From a virus: 64,000 nt of DNA. The stretch is from IMG/VR virus record IMGVR_UViG_3300030019_000008; one strand, given 5' to 3'. The stretch's first letter is position 1; every line of letters starts with the position of its first letter. The notes under the pieces are model-generated. The model had not been told where the DNA came from. It saw only the letters and a list, made by a program, of their open reading frames with translations, and ran no database searches. The position numbers and the translations under genes were made by a program. Of the stretch, positions 39,516-50,158 are shown piece by piece.

Positions 39516-40087
39516 AGCGGACTGAACCCATCGATCTCTTCATCATTGTGTTCAACACTCTTGGCGATGCCTGCTTTGGATTGAGCGCCGGATGTGATGC
39601 CGTACCGGTCGAAGATGCTTTTCCATTCAGCTTCGATCTTGGGAGTGATGCTCGTATCAACCATGTCAAGTGCCACTTGATGGAAACCATTGTTCATGAT
39701 CTCATTGGCTTTTACCGGGTTAACGGAATTGAACCGCTTGACCGTGGTGATGAGGGTAGAGACATCGAGGCTGCGCTCTTTGTTTCGACCATTGATCGCG
39801 AAGGTGTCGACACTATACGTGGCAGGCACCACGAAAAGCGGATTGCCTCCATCGTCAACTACCTGAACCGGGTTGTGAACACCACCCGCCAGATTGAGCC
39901 AGATGCTCAGTTTTTCTTGAAACGGTTCTTGGCCGGCAAAACACGGCAGGAAATACTGCTTGAAAACTTCCTCGGAGATTCTGGCATCGGGGACTTCCGA
40001 GTTTGCCAGAATCTCTCGGGCTGAGCTCATGAGTTCATTATCGAACTGTATGGCTGCCGGTGTGTAATCATTCGTGTTATTGCCCAT
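39512..40087 (-). CDS. Conserved hypothetical protein
   Basis: 191-aa ORF in the core operon. Confidence 0.7.
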   Translation of the reverse strand: MGNNTNDYTPAAIQFDNELMSSAREILANSEVPDARISEEVFKQYFLPCFAGQEPFQEKLSIWLNLAGGVHNPVQVVDDGGNPLFVVPATYSVDTFAINGRNKERSLDVSTLITTVKRFNSVNPVKANEIMNNGFHQVALDMVDTSITPKIEAEWKSIFDRYGITSGAQSKAGIAKSVEHNDEEIDGFSPL

Positions 40088-40096
40088 GACAAAATC

Positions 40097-40498
40097 CTAA
40101 TTAACCAAATTGATGATCTTCGAGATAATGGTACCAGTGGTCTCGAACTGTTTGCAAAACGAATACTTTTCACCATCCTGCACCACAGTTGCAGAAAGCT
40201 TGATGTAGACCTTGCCGCTGTCATCGGTACAGCTGCAATCCACATCTGCACTGTCGAAGTGACGCGCCAGATAACGATGCATCACCGTTTGAATTTGTGT
40301 GCCAAGCGAGAGAGGGTCGTGTTGGTATTTAGCCAACAAAGCTGGAAGAGATGCGACGTTGCCTTGATAGAAGAAAGTCTGCGCCTCTTCACTGGCATAG
40401 AAATGCGAAATAAGAAAATCGCACTTTGTGGGAACGTCCTTTACCCATCCAGCTGCTGAAAGAGTAGGAACTGCTGCTGTAGGCATAATAAACCCCAA
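40097..40498 (-). CDS. Conserved hypothetical protein (possible virion/baseplate component)
   Basis: ~130-aa ORF in the core operon. Confidence 0.6.
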   Translation of the reverse strand: MGFIMPTAAVPTLSAAGWVKDVPTKCDFLISHFYASEEAQTFFYQGNVASLPALLAKYQHDPLSLGTQIQTVMHRYLARHFDSADVDCSCTDDSGKVYIKLSATVVQDGEKYSFCKQFETTGTIISKIINLVN

Positions 40499-40541
40499 AC
40501 GAAGAAAAAAATAATGCCTCCCTTTCGAGAGGCATTATTGG

Positions 40542-41174
40542 TTAGAGACTTGCGTCCCAGATACTGGTTGGATCACTCTCTCCGCGCTTGAGGAACATCT
40601 CAGCATTCGCCCAAGCATTCAGGATGTCGGCTTGCTCACGCACATCGAGCTCACGATCATCCTCAAACAGAGGATCATCCCACTGAGTAGCTGTCCACGT
40701 ACCATCCTCGTTGTCGACTGCAATGCCCTGCATCACACGGCGGTAATCGTAATGATTCTCGCCAATGTCATCCGGATGATAGTCAACATACGTCGTGGAG
40801 AAGCCATCACACAATTGAGCATGATAACGTTCCCGCAACGCAATGTTGCTCATCAGCCAGCGCTGCATCACAGGAGCAGCCTGCTGGATATCCTCCAGCA
40901 GATACAGCGGCTTGATGACGTCTTTTTGCATGCAGTGACCCAACTGGCTCACTACTGCTCTGAGGCGACGCATTGCCGTGGAGCTATTGAAACGATCATA
41001 AACCTCACGAGAACGTTCGAAGAACGACTCCATCCCCTTATTGAGCAGCGGGGACAGACTATCGATCCTTTCTTGTTGACGTTCCAGAAACTCTAATCCG
41101 GCATTTGTTTTCTCACCGAATACTCGGTAGCGAAAGACGTCATCGCCGCCTTCCACCAATCCGATTTCATACAT
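40542..41174 (-). CDS. Conserved core protein (gp59-like position)
   Basis: 210 aa, AAGGAG RBS, C-terminal DPTS..W. Confidence 0.6.
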   Translation of the reverse strand: MYEIGLVEGGDDVFRYRVFGEKTNAGLEFLERQQERIDSLSPLLNKGMESFFERSREVYDRFNSSTAMRRLRAVVSQLGHCMQKDVIKPLYLLEDIQQAAPVMQRWLMSNIALRERYHAQLCDGFSTTYVDYHPDDIGENHYDYRRVMQGIAVDNEDGTWTATQWDDPLFEDDRELDVREQADILNAWANAEMFLKRGESDPTSIWDASL

Positions 41175-41192
41175 CGCATCTCCTTTCGTTCA

Positions 41193-41375
41193 TTAACGCC
41201 CACGTTCAAACCACCTGGCAAGAGTGGCTGCAAACGGTTTGGGAGGCGATATGGACCGACTCAATTGCCTGGGTGCATCAACCGAGATGACGTTGCGGTG
41301 AGGCAGCATCGACATCATCTCTTTCGTGGTATACCTATCGAGCGTCATCATGGCTACCATCTGGTCTCCATCGAA
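41193..41375 (-). CDS. nvRNAP beta' N-terminal subunit, exon 2 (FDGD...; gp56.1-like)
   Basis: TTC GAT GGA GAC CAG ATG... 60 codons to TAA; not in the ORF track. Confidence 0.88.
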   Translation of the reverse strand, partial: FDGDQMVAMMTLDRYTTKEMMSMLPHRNVISVDAPRQLSRSISPPKPFAATLARWFERGR

Positions 41376-41768
41376 CCCAATGTCCAGTTAAGCCGCTCAT
41401 CCCTATTCGGGATTACCCTCTTAACCCGGTGCGATTCCTGGCACCCGCCCATGGCTTTCCCATGGGGGCAGATCATATCATCATCCCCTCACAATGAGGG
41501 GAGGCTTCTACTTGGCAGACGCTGTCCGCTACTCCCCGCTACGGGATGATCGTTGAACCTTACTCATATTTCGCTATCTCAGCGATACTTAGAGTCTTGG
41601 CTGCGTGATTACCCAATTCCTACCCTTTTTACCATACCCAGCTAGTTACCCTGGCCACTTACAAGTTTCCAATGTAAGTTTGGTAGATAGGACTCTAAGG
41701 ATGTCCCCGCAATTCAAAAGCATTCAATCCACCATTACTGATAGATAGGACCTATATTTAAGATGTCG
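41376..41768 (-). ncRNA. ORF-less group I intron in the RNAP catalytic motif
   Basis: P AATTGCGGGGA, Q AATCACGCAGC, R GTTCAACGATCA, S GATATGATCT; splicing GAT|TTC restores GADFDGD. Confidence 0.9.
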
Positions 41769-43073
41769 ATCAGCGCCATACTGCTCTACGTTGAGGATCG
41801 AGATTGACATGGTTTTGTCTTCCAGGTCATCCTTGATCCCGGTGATGCGCACCAGCTGAATACTGCCTAAACCCAGAGTCGGATTGCGCTGCATGATCAC
41901 CGGTATGCCCTTATGCTTATCGGGATCATCCGGATACAGATACGAGCAATCAGACTCCTCGATCATCTCATCGAACAGACTCTTGACTTTCTCGATCACT
42001 GCCTTATCGGTAGTTCCGACGGCACTGTAGAGCAGCCCCAGTAGATCATTCGGGTTATACCCGCGTCTGGTGAGCTTGCTGGCCAGGTGAGTGCGCAGCA
42101 GCCCAATCCCCACACCCCATGGAATATGTATCTCGTCATACTGGTGAGGACCAGTGAGAGAGGAGATCACACACCGAGCTGAGAAGTCAGTTCTGCCACC
42201 ATAAACTTGCTTGCGAAAGATGCCCTCTTTCGGAGCAAAAAGCTTGTCGTACACTCCCTCGTAGTACTGAGAGAGCATGTCGATCGACTTGATCGTGCGC
42301 TCTTCACGCTGTCGCTGACTGAGCACACACGTCGGAGTATCGATACCAATCATCCCGGTAATGGCATCGATTGCAACGAACATCGTATTGTCGAGAAAAC
42401 GACCCAGGTTGGTGTTCTCGATCACCAACATTGTTCTATTCACCAGCGGGATTTGCTGGCTGAAAACCTTATTTCGATTCTCCTGGATCAGTTGATAGAG
42501 AGGATCAATCTTGTTGCGTTTCTTGATGGTCTTCAGATTGAAGAAGAACTCCATATAGGAATCGAAGTTCTCCACGAAGTTGTTGTAACCGCGCTTGAGT
42601 TTTGCATCCAGTATGGATTGCCAGTAAACCGGCAGATTCCCATCAGGAACATAGCTGGGCATCGTGATCCAGTGCAGCAAGGAAAAGCCCGCGCCTTTCT
42701 TGAAACGCCCCACCAACATCGACCAGATCAGTGGATTGATCATCGCAGTCACGCCACGCGGAGACCTGAGCCAGATGCGAGGTTGTAGATCATCGGTAGA
42801 TGACTCAACAGTCGTGTGACACACCGGACACTTAACACCGATATTGCTACCGGATGTCTTATCTCCGCGACTGTTAGTATATCCAGTCAGTCTGCCGCAC
42901 TGACAAGTGGGTGTGTTGGACAAACATTCGCTACCATCGTGCTGGGTGAATACCTCCTTACGGAATGCTTCTTTTGCTGCTGGAGATTCGTCCACGTCAT
43001 TGACATACTGAGGGTCTTTTACGAACCTCAGAAAGTCATCATCGTAGTCTGCTACTTCTCCATAAATACCCAT
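41769..43073 (-). CDS. nvRNAP beta' N-terminal subunit, exon 1 (gp55-like)
   Basis: Zinc finger CQCG/CPVC, KEGIFRKQVYGGR, RCVISS and QRNPTL motifs; ends YGAD. Confidence 0.9.
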
Positions 43074-43100
43074 ATTCTCTCCCAAGAACGAAAAAAATAA

Positions 43101-43135
43101 CTCCCTCTACCCAAAGACTTCTTGGGTAGAGGGAG
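43101..43135 (-). terminator. Intrinsic terminator after chimallin
   Basis: CTCCCTCTACCCAA / TTGGGTAGAGGGAG stem plus T-tract. Confidence 0.75.
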
Positions 43136-43160
43136 CCTCACTAGAGCCGAGGCTCAGCGA

Positions 43161-45032
43161 TCAGATATTGCCGCGGAAACGACCGAAGCCGGCCGGATTG
43201 CCGCCCGAGGTACGACGCTGGAAGTAGGAGTCGTTGCCACGGGTGCTCATGCGAGCATCGTCGAGGTAGTCGGCACCACGAGTGCGATCACGGCGGGCAC
43301 CGAACAGGCCGCTGGATTCCAGCGAGACGTCGAGCTTGGCCGCGAGCAGCGCTTCGGTCAGTGCGTTCAGGAAGTCGCGGTTGAACGAGTAGCGACGGGA
43401 CATGCCGGTGAAGCGCACTTCGGAGGCCAGCGCGCCTTCGATGATGGTGCGTTGTTCATCAGCACGAGCGATCACATCCGTACCACCGCCCTGGGTTGCA
43501 TCACCCCAGCGACCGATCTGGCCAGCATCGTTGGCACCGAAGGTGTTGCAGATGAAGGCATAGTCGACGTCACGGATATCGCGACGCACACCACCAGGAG
43601 CAACATAGTCGCCATTGAGCAGCGACAGGTTGTTCTTGGAGAGGATCGTGTGGTTCTTCTTGGCCTCGAACTTCGCCGCGAAGTTGCCCTTGGTGAGCTT
43701 TTCTGCAGCACGGAAGATCGCTGCTTGAGCCGAAGATTCACCTTCAGCTGCCATCGCGAACGGAGCCAGGAAGTAGGTATCCGGACCGCATTCGGCGATG
43801 TCGATCGAGACCACCAGGTCGTCGAACATGATGGCTTGCAGGTAATCCGCGAGATCGTCGTCGCGCAGATCCTTGCCCGTATCCATCACATAGCCGCCCT
43901 TCGGATCGTTGGTGACGTTCGCTTCGACGTTGAAACCACCGACACCATGCATGTCGCGACCGCCAGCCGGATTGGTGTTCGGACGGAAGCACTGAGTCCA
44001 GCCGTTGTCCACACGCAGAGCGTTGATGGCCGCCAGCGAGAGCAGAGTGCCTTCGAGGGAGGTCATCCGGGTATGGCCGAGCTGCGTGATGATGAAGTTC
44101 GGGATGTAGGTGCGGGTATCCCGGCGTTCAGTGGTACGGAAGGAGTTGTTCGGCTTTTCTTCCGGCGCATAGATCACGTCCATGTAGCCGCCAACATGAG
44201 CCAGAATCTTGCTCTGAGCACCGATGTCGTTCAGCGAGACATCCATCGAGTTGCTCTGACGATTCGGGATCGTGGACAGCACCAGACGGGTATCGGTACG
44301 GACCGGCACCCCGACAGCGTTCTCGGTGTTCGGCTGGTTGAACAGCGCGCGCACTTGCAGAGCGCGTCCGGCAGTCAGGTCGTCGATGGACACACGGACG
44401 AGACCGGCAGCTTGAGCGAGGATGGTGGCGCAGGCAGTCACGGCATTGGTGAACAGCGCATCGGTGCGCGGCTTCGAGAGCTCGAATCCGGCCGGAACGA
44501 CTTCGGCGTCAGCCTGCACAAACGACGTGTGCGGGTAACGAACCGACAGTTCCTTCTGGATGAAGGCAATCATCTTGCCGTCGAAAGCTTCGCCGGCGTG
44601 ACGCTTCCAGATGATCGTTTCCGGGCCCTTGTTGATCTGGGTCTCGACAGCGCCGAACGAGTCGCCGATCAGCAGAGTGTGGAACGAACCGGCCGCACCC
44701 TTGGAGGTCTTGAGGAACGCCAGGATGACGAGGATCGAAACCGTGATGCCCTCGCTGTTCGCGCGGTCGAACGTCAGGAACGAGTAGTCGTAGTAGACGT
44801 TGTTGACCGTGCCTTCGAAGTACTTGGTGGCGGCCTCGGAGAGACGGACCAGCGTGTCGCCGCTGGCGGTGTCGCCGGCCGGGTTCAGCAGTGCTGCGTA
44901 GTTGATATTGTCCAGGCCTTCAGCCTGACCGCCGAAGTTCGGACGGGCGGATTCAGCGCGGGGGCGGGGAGCCTCGGCATGCTCTTGGCGGCCGTTGTTC
45001 CCGTTCTGGTTGGTATCGTCAACGATGCTCAT
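43161..45032 (-). CDS. chmA: Chimallin, major phage nuclear shell protein (gp54-like)
   Basis: 623 aa, strongly biased codons, directly upstream of nvRNAP beta'-N; GGYMDV, YIPNFIIT and W..CFRP segments. Confidence 0.8.
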   Translation of the reverse strand: MSIVDDTNQNGNNGRQEHAEAPRPRAESARPNFGGQAEGLDNINYAALLNPAGDTASGDTLVRLSEAATKYFEGTVNNVYYDYSFLTFDRANSEGITVSILVILAFLKTSKGAAGSFHTLLIGDSFGAVETQINKGPETIIWKRHAGEAFDGKMIAFIQKELSVRYPHTSFVQADAEVVPAGFELSKPRTDALFTNAVTACATILAQAAGLVRVSIDDLTAGRALQVRALFNQPNTENAVGVPVRTDTRLVLSTIPNRQSNSMDVSLNDIGAQSKILAHVGGYMDVIYAPEEKPNNSFRTTERRDTRTYIPNFIITQLGHTRMTSLEGTLLSLAAINALRVDNGWTQCFRPNTNPAGGRDMHGVGGFNVEANVTNDPKGGYVMDTGKDLRDDDLADYLQAIMFDDLVVSIDIAECGPDTYFLAPFAMAAEGESSAQAAIFRAAEKLTKGNFAAKFEAKKNHTILSKNNLSLLNGDYVAPGGVRRDIRDVDYAFICNTFGANDAGQIGRWGDATQGGGTDVIARADEQRTIIEGALASEVRFTGMSRRYSFNRDFLNALTEALLAAKLDVSLESSGLFGARRDRTRGADYLDDARMSTRGNDSYFQRRTSGGNPAGFGRFRGNI

Positions 45033-45155
45033 TTCTTTTCCTTTTCTTCACACATGTGTGTACAACACTAAAAAGATCCATTTGCCAGTACTAGCTTATG
45101 AATCAAACCTTAAAAAAGTCTGGAGTAGACTTCTTCAATTACCAATCACCTATAA

Positions 45156-45174
45156 ATAATGAGTGGGTGAAAAA
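45156..45174 (-). promoter_or_regulatory. Putative early promoter for chimallin
   Basis: TTTTTCACCCACTCATTAT copy of the motif. Confidence 0.6.
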
Positions 45175-45407
45175 ATCTAGAATCCGCTGTATCTGAGCTT
45201 TACATGTTATACCTACCATCAGTAAAAAAATCACCGATAAGTGAAAAACGGATATAACGCGTATGACCTAGAGTAGCAGCTTCTTTCGAAGCGACTACTT
45301 CTCATATACATACTATATCGTGTATTTTTTTACATCAGCTATGGGTAGGGATAATATGACTGCCTTAACCGGGCTACTTTCCTATTAACCTACAACGTGA
45401 GCGGAAC

Positions 45408-46520
45408 ATGTACGAAATCTTTAATGTGGAGCCTGTGCATCAGACAGCAGTGCCTACACCCTCACGATGGAACTTCATCAGAACACGTTTGAATGCTAAC
45501 CTGGATAAAGCTGTGAGCTACTATCGTCACAGTAAAGAGTTCGTTAGCTCCCAACACATATTGATCAAGCTACTATCGGGTATGGGTGTTCCTCATTCCC
45601 TGGAGATCTCTCGTTATTACGATAACGTTTGTCAAGTAGCTCTCAACCGATCGATGGCTCTCGGAATGACGTCATCTATATTTAAGGGTCGTCTATTCCA
45701 CGGTGACTTCTACGGTGATGCGAGTCGAGAGATCATTATCGGTTACTCCGATAGCTTTGATCCGGTCTGGGCAAATGACAACTGGGAAGATCTGTCTCCT
45801 ATAACTATCCTGAGATGTGCGCATAGCGACATCTCTTTCATGCCTCCGAATGGAATCCGACATCATTCGGAAACTGGTGTGGCTGTGATCGCTATCAATA
45901 TCCCATTGCTCGCTGTTCAGTATAGAGCCTTCAGGAATAAAGAAGCTGAGATTGCTGCTGTCTCAGGATGTGGAGAACGAGGGATCAACAACTTCGTATT
46001 CAATTACCCCCTGACGAATGCGCTAGGGTCGCAATTGGATTATGAGCTGTTCAATCACCTGGATCATGTACTGAGGGATGAAGCAATAGGCGTATCAATT
46101 TCAGCCAAGCATCCATTCTTCATGTCGGGATTTGAGGATGAGCTAAGAGAGTATCATGAAAAGCTTATAGATATACTCAGCAATTCAAAAGCTGACTTCT
46201 ACAACATGATGCGCTCGATCCCGATGATCAATGTCGACAATTTGTTTGATGCATCGTATCTCCCATCTTCAGTTCCGACCAGACAGATTGAGTGGGCATT
46301 CTCTGTTGCCAGAATACCGACAATTGAGTTTCTGTTCAGGCTGTCGAGTGAATTTGCATTAGTGCGTAACTCCATGGAAGTTGGGAAGATTGCTCGCTAT
46401 GCAAACATGTCCTTGAGAAACTCTTTGCTTAACACCATGCTGCCTGCCGATCTTTATAGAGACTTGGCTGATAGCTACAACTACATCAATAAGATCGCAA
46501 AAGGTGAGAATGATGAATAA
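45408..46520 (+). CDS. Conserved virion protein (gp52-like)
   Basis: 370 aa; divergent from chimallin, as in phiKZ-like phages. Confidence 0.6.
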   Translation: MYEIFNVEPVHQTAVPTPSRWNFIRTRLNANLDKAVSYYRHSKEFVSSQHILIKLLSGMGVPHSLEISRYYDNVCQVALNRSMALGMTSSIFKGRLFHGDFYGDASREIIIGYSDSFDPVWANDNWEDLSPITILRCAHSDISFMPPNGIRHHSETGVAVIAINIPLLAVQYRAFRNKEAEIAAVSGCGERGINNFVFNYPLTNALGSQLDYELFNHLDHVLRDEAIGVSISAKHPFFMSGFEDELREYHEKLIDILSNSKADFYNMMRSIPMINVDNLFDASYLPSSVPTRQIEWAFSVARIPTIEFLFRLSSEFALVRNSMEVGKIARYANMSLRNSLLNTMLPADLYRDLADSYNYINKIAKGENDE

Positions 46521-47958
46521 CGTGGAAACTGGCAGCGTGTCTTTGGAAGCCATGGTTGCTCGTGCAGAAGCAATGTATAGCCTGCTGGGTAAACTCGAGG
46601 CTGAGAGATCGGTGACGATGGATGGTGTGGCTGCTGTGGAATCCTTTTGCCCAAATGGCAAGACGATGGATACGTTTTTCAGTTCGGCTCCTGCGGCTCA
46701 GAAGCACAGAGCAGCCCTGGAGGAACTCAGTAAGGGCATCATTGCTTTGATTGCTACTGCTGTACTGGCAGTGATTGCCACCATCATGAAGATCTACAAG
46801 TTCTTCACGACGGGTAGTTCAAGCGGTAGCGGGTCTGGTGGCAACACTATCGATATCAAGAATGTTGATGATGACGGACACATCGTCAAACCTGAACAAG
46901 CAATTGAGCGCGTGGTCGAGAAGATCGATCCTCAAGCCAAAGACTTTCAGACTCTGGGTCAGATGGCTACTCCGCTGAGCAATCATCCCGCTGATGAAGG
47001 TGTTCAGGGCGATGTGCTCAAGCGCATTGAAACTCTGGCTCTGAGCATTGCCTCCAGGTCACCCACGAGCATGAAGAGGACAAACTGTATCACTGCCGCA
47101 CATGCCAGTCGTACAGTCATTGGAGAAATCCTTCTCGGTAAAGACATTTACTATTCGCTCTATTTCAAGGAGTCTCAGAAAACCGGTATCGTGCCCGCAA
47201 CAGGCGACGTTCAGAAACTCGTTGCATATTTCGATTACTGGATCAAGTTCCTCAAAAAGGCAGATGCTGATCTGCGGGAATACAAGAACCTTGATGCAGA
47301 GGTTGCGGAACTACACAGAGAAACAGCCAGGGTTCTGAATCTGCACGATGGTCAAACTCTCAAGGGAGTTCTTGCTGACATCGACATGCTAATAAAAGAC
47401 TCCAAGATGAATGCAGATCTCAAGCGTGGTCCTGTGTCATCTCAGGACGACGTCAGAAATTTCATTCTGAGGGGTCCTGGTGGCGTTGTATCGGCTCCCG
47501 CAAGGTTCTTGCGTCAGTTCCGCATAGCTGACATCCAGTCTTCCTTCATCGCCATGGAAAAGCACGTGAAGCCCCTGCTCAAGCTCGTGAGTACTCTCAA
47601 AACCTACCAACAGGCATATGAAGAGTTTGTCACGAATGAGAGCGAGGATGGCATGCACACTGTCAGACCCACTGTCAGGGGATTGAATCTGACTGAACCC
47701 ATGATCGCTGTCCAGTACATCAGTAAGGAGCTTAGCGTTTACGTCTATGCTTACAACGTGTATGTGGAGGAAGTTTCTTCTTTCCTTCAGACGTACCATG
47801 AGCTTTGCAAGATTGCTCTTCTTCATCCCGAGGAATTCATCAAGTCCACGGATATGGATGCAGCGAAGAAGCTCATCGATGACCTGCGTGATTCGATGAA
47901 GGTTACCCACAAGCTCATTAATGAATTCAGTTCACTTCCCAAGCTAACCATGAGCTAA
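46504..47958 (+). CDS. Putative internal head protein
   Basis: N-terminal SLE, AVE and ALE motifs matching S/A/G-X-E prohead protease sites, then a hydrophobic segment. Confidence 0.6.
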   Translation: MRMMNNVETGSVSLEAMVARAEAMYSLLGKLEAERSVTMDGVAAVESFCPNGKTMDTFFSSAPAAQKHRAALEELSKGIIALIATAVLAVIATIMKIYKFFTTGSSSGSGSGGNTIDIKNVDDDGHIVKPEQAIERVVEKIDPQAKDFQTLGQMATPLSNHPADEGVQGDVLKRIETLALSIASRSPTSMKRTNCITAAHASRTVIGEILLGKDIYYSLYFKESQKTGIVPATGDVQKLVAYFDYWIKFLKKADADLREYKNLDAEVAELHRETARVLNLHDGQTLKGVLADIDMLIKDSKMNADLKRGPVSSQDDVRNFILRGPGGVVSAPARFLRQFRIADIQSSFIAMEKHVKPLLKLVSTLKTYQQAYEEFVTNESEDGMHTVRPTVRGLNLTEPMIAVQYISKELSVYVYAYNVYVEEVSSFLQTYHELCKIALLHPEEFIKSTDMDAAKKLIDDLRDSMKVTHKLINEFSSLPKLTMS

Positions 47959-47972
47959 TCCGGCAAACTGAT

Positions 47973-48012
47973 CCTCTACTACCTCTAGGCGCCAGCCTAG
48001 AGGTAGTAGAGG
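47973..48012. terminator. Bidirectional hairpin between convergent genes
   Basis: CCTCTACTACCTCTAGGC / GCCTAGAGGTAGTAGAGG. Confidence 0.75.
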
Positions 48013-48016
48013 CGGA

Positions 48017-50155
48017 TTAGTAATAATCCGAGTACAGTTTGATGTGCTTTCCTGCTGGAGATGAGAACACTCCAAATGATTCAAGAATCAAAGTAAAAAC
48101 CTTAGAGCAGTCCGCCACAATCTTCCTCACATTGATGATCCGGAAGATTTCATCAGGGATACCCTTGGAGTCAACAATGTTCATGGGTAGATAAAACGTC
48201 TTGAGCATCCGCCCATTGCGTTTTTCCAACCATGCAACCATGCGCTCTTTGAGTTCCTGATCTTCAATGCTGTTGAGCCATGCATTGACTTGTGTCTTGT
48301 TCTCCATGCTTGTATTGACCTTAATTGCCGCATAAGGCGGAGGAGGTGCTTCCCCATGCTTGGGACCAAACACTTCATTCCAGAAGGTGTAATGCATGTA
48401 GGGAGAACGTTCAGGATCAAGTGTGTATGAGTCAGGACCTTTGATCTGTGCTCCTCGGAAGTACTCCAGAGAACCACTTCTCAAAGATTTCAGAATCACA
48501 CGTTCTTCATCAGCAATCTCAGTCAGAATCTGAGACAGGTACAGATCCTCACCGCTGATAATCTTCTTCATTGTTCCGATCATCAGCTCCTTGGCCTTGG
48601 CATTGATTGCCGGAGGAGCATTGGAAGACTTCAAGTGAACACCCTTGATTTCTTCTTTGAAGTCAGTATAGACGTTACCTTCCCGACAACTGATCAGAGC
48701 ATAGTAGTGCTTGGCCACCTGTGTCGTCACAAAGACGTCGAACTTGAATTCGTTCTTCATGGCGATCTGGTGCAGGCGCTTCTTTTCCACACCAATGTTC
48801 GAACTCATCATTGCCAGCAAGTGAACAATCGCCTGAGATGCAACGAAGATCATTGTTGCTGCGACAGCGTTGGCCTTGGAACCGAAACAGATCTTACCGA
48901 AATACCACTTCACCCAATCCTGCACTGTGAAGATAGTGGAGTCAGTGTCAGATGTCACGGCTGCATAACGCACACTGGTAGGGAACCATCCTAACGATGC
49001 CGGTACGTTGCTAGAGGTTAGCAGCGCACTGATCAGATCACCATATTCCAACACAGTCTTGTAGGAGTTTTCCATAGTCGATGCAACAATCGCATAAACA
49101 TCGGGATGTTCCTTTTCCATCTTCGACCACTTGATACCGCGGGTCAAGCTCTCACATATCTGAACTGCCAAAATGCGGTAGTCTTCATTGATGTTCTTGA
49201 AGATAGAATTGGGGTCAGGGTGTTGAACATCCACCAGTGTGGACAACTTGGTAATGAATCCACGCATCAGACCATCATTGTAGAGCGTCAGGCTATAAAG
49301 ATCCCCGGTATAGACAAAAGCTGCTCTTTGAAGAGGGGTCAACTTGGAGATCAGAATGCGGATACGTTCGATTTCCTTAGGCAATCTCCAGTAGTGGTTG
49401 GAGCCACGGGTGATAACTGCCATCGCATCATCCACGCTGGGGTAATGCAGGTCGTACTTACTCATCACTGCCGAGAACTTCTCATAGTCGGTATGATTGA
49501 TGATGGAGATGACATTATTGCGAACGATGTCAGGAGACCAGTAATGGCGATTACCTGAGAGCATCTTTTCATTGTTCGCATTGCCATACCCGGATGTGCA
49601 CCGGCATGTGGACGTCAGAGTGCTGTGAGCTGTCTTGTTATAGACAGGAGTCGAATTACTCACATACGCACCGCTCAGTGCATTGTTGAAGATCTTCGCA
49701 AAGGTCTGCTCATTCTTCTTGTATGTGGCCTTGATTACATCTTGGTCCATCTCGGCTTCGAACATCTCTTTCTTAGCACGAGACCGGCGCTTCACATTCT
49801 TGTCGATGAAGTCAACGTGAAGAGATTGCTTCTTCCCAGGATTGACATACGTCGTCAGAGTGGGTGCAACGATGTCTGCATCCTTGATGGCATCGCGAAG
49901 ATACTGAGTCAAAGGAATCTCAACCTCAAACCGATCTTCGAAGTTGGGACGATCCGTGCATCTGACTATTGGGTCAACCATACCCAATGCGCCACCAGGC
50001 CTTACCGTTTTCTTGACAAAGGCTGCGCACTGCCCGTAGTCTTTGCCAGTCATGACCGATAAGTACATGGCGGCATCATCGACGTAATGCTTGACGACAT
50101 CCAAATCGCGTCGATATGCGTCTGCCTCCAGAACAAATGGATTCGCTGCAGTCAT
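48017..50155 (-). CDS. Family-B-like DNA polymerase subunit (gp50-like)
   Basis: KIFNNALSG, SDTDS and KHYY...KGV PolB motifs. Confidence 0.85.
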   Translation of the reverse strand: MTAANPFVLEADAYRRDLDVVKHYVDDAAMYLSVMTGKDYGQCAAFVKKTVRPGGALGMVDPIVRCTDRPNFEDRFEVEIPLTQYLRDAIKDADIVAPTLTTYVNPGKKQSLHVDFIDKNVKRRSRAKKEMFEAEMDQDVIKATYKKNEQTFAKIFNNALSGAYVSNSTPVYNKTAHSTLTSTCRCTSGYGNANNEKMLSGNRHYWSPDIVRNNVISIINHTDYEKFSAVMSKYDLHYPSVDDAMAVITRGSNHYWRLPKEIERIRILISKLTPLQRAAFVYTGDLYSLTLYNDGLMRGFITKLSTLVDVQHPDPNSIFKNINEDYRILAVQICESLTRGIKWSKMEKEHPDVYAIVASTMENSYKTVLEYGDLISALLTSSNVPASLGWFPTSVRYAAVTSDTDSTIFTVQDWVKWYFGKICFGSKANAVAATMIFVASQAIVHLLAMMSSNIGVEKKRLHQIAMKNEFKFDVFVTTQVAKHYYALISCREGNVYTDFKEEIKGVHLKSSNAPPAINAKAKELMIGTMKKIISGEDLYLSQILTEIADEERVILKSLRSGSLEYFRGAQIKGPDSYTLDPERSPYMHYTFWNEVFGPKHGEAPPPPYAAIKVNTSMENKTQVNAWLNSIEDQELKERMVAWLEKRNGRMLKTFYLPMNIVDSKGIPDEIFRIINVRKIVADCSKVFTLILESFGVFSSPAGKHIKLYSDYY

Positions 50156-50158
50156 CTG

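Noticed and set aside
41724-41768. C-terminal RHLKYRSYLSVMVD of the 453-aa ORF, and an apparent pseudogene lacking DFDGD
   Set aside because: This is read-through into the intron; the motif is restored by splicing
43122-45071. 649-aa plus-strand ORF antisense to chimallin (also 52929-54011, 58960-59844, 36970-37683)
   Set aside because: Shadow ORFs from strongly biased codon usage of the real minus-strand genes; no RBS or motifs
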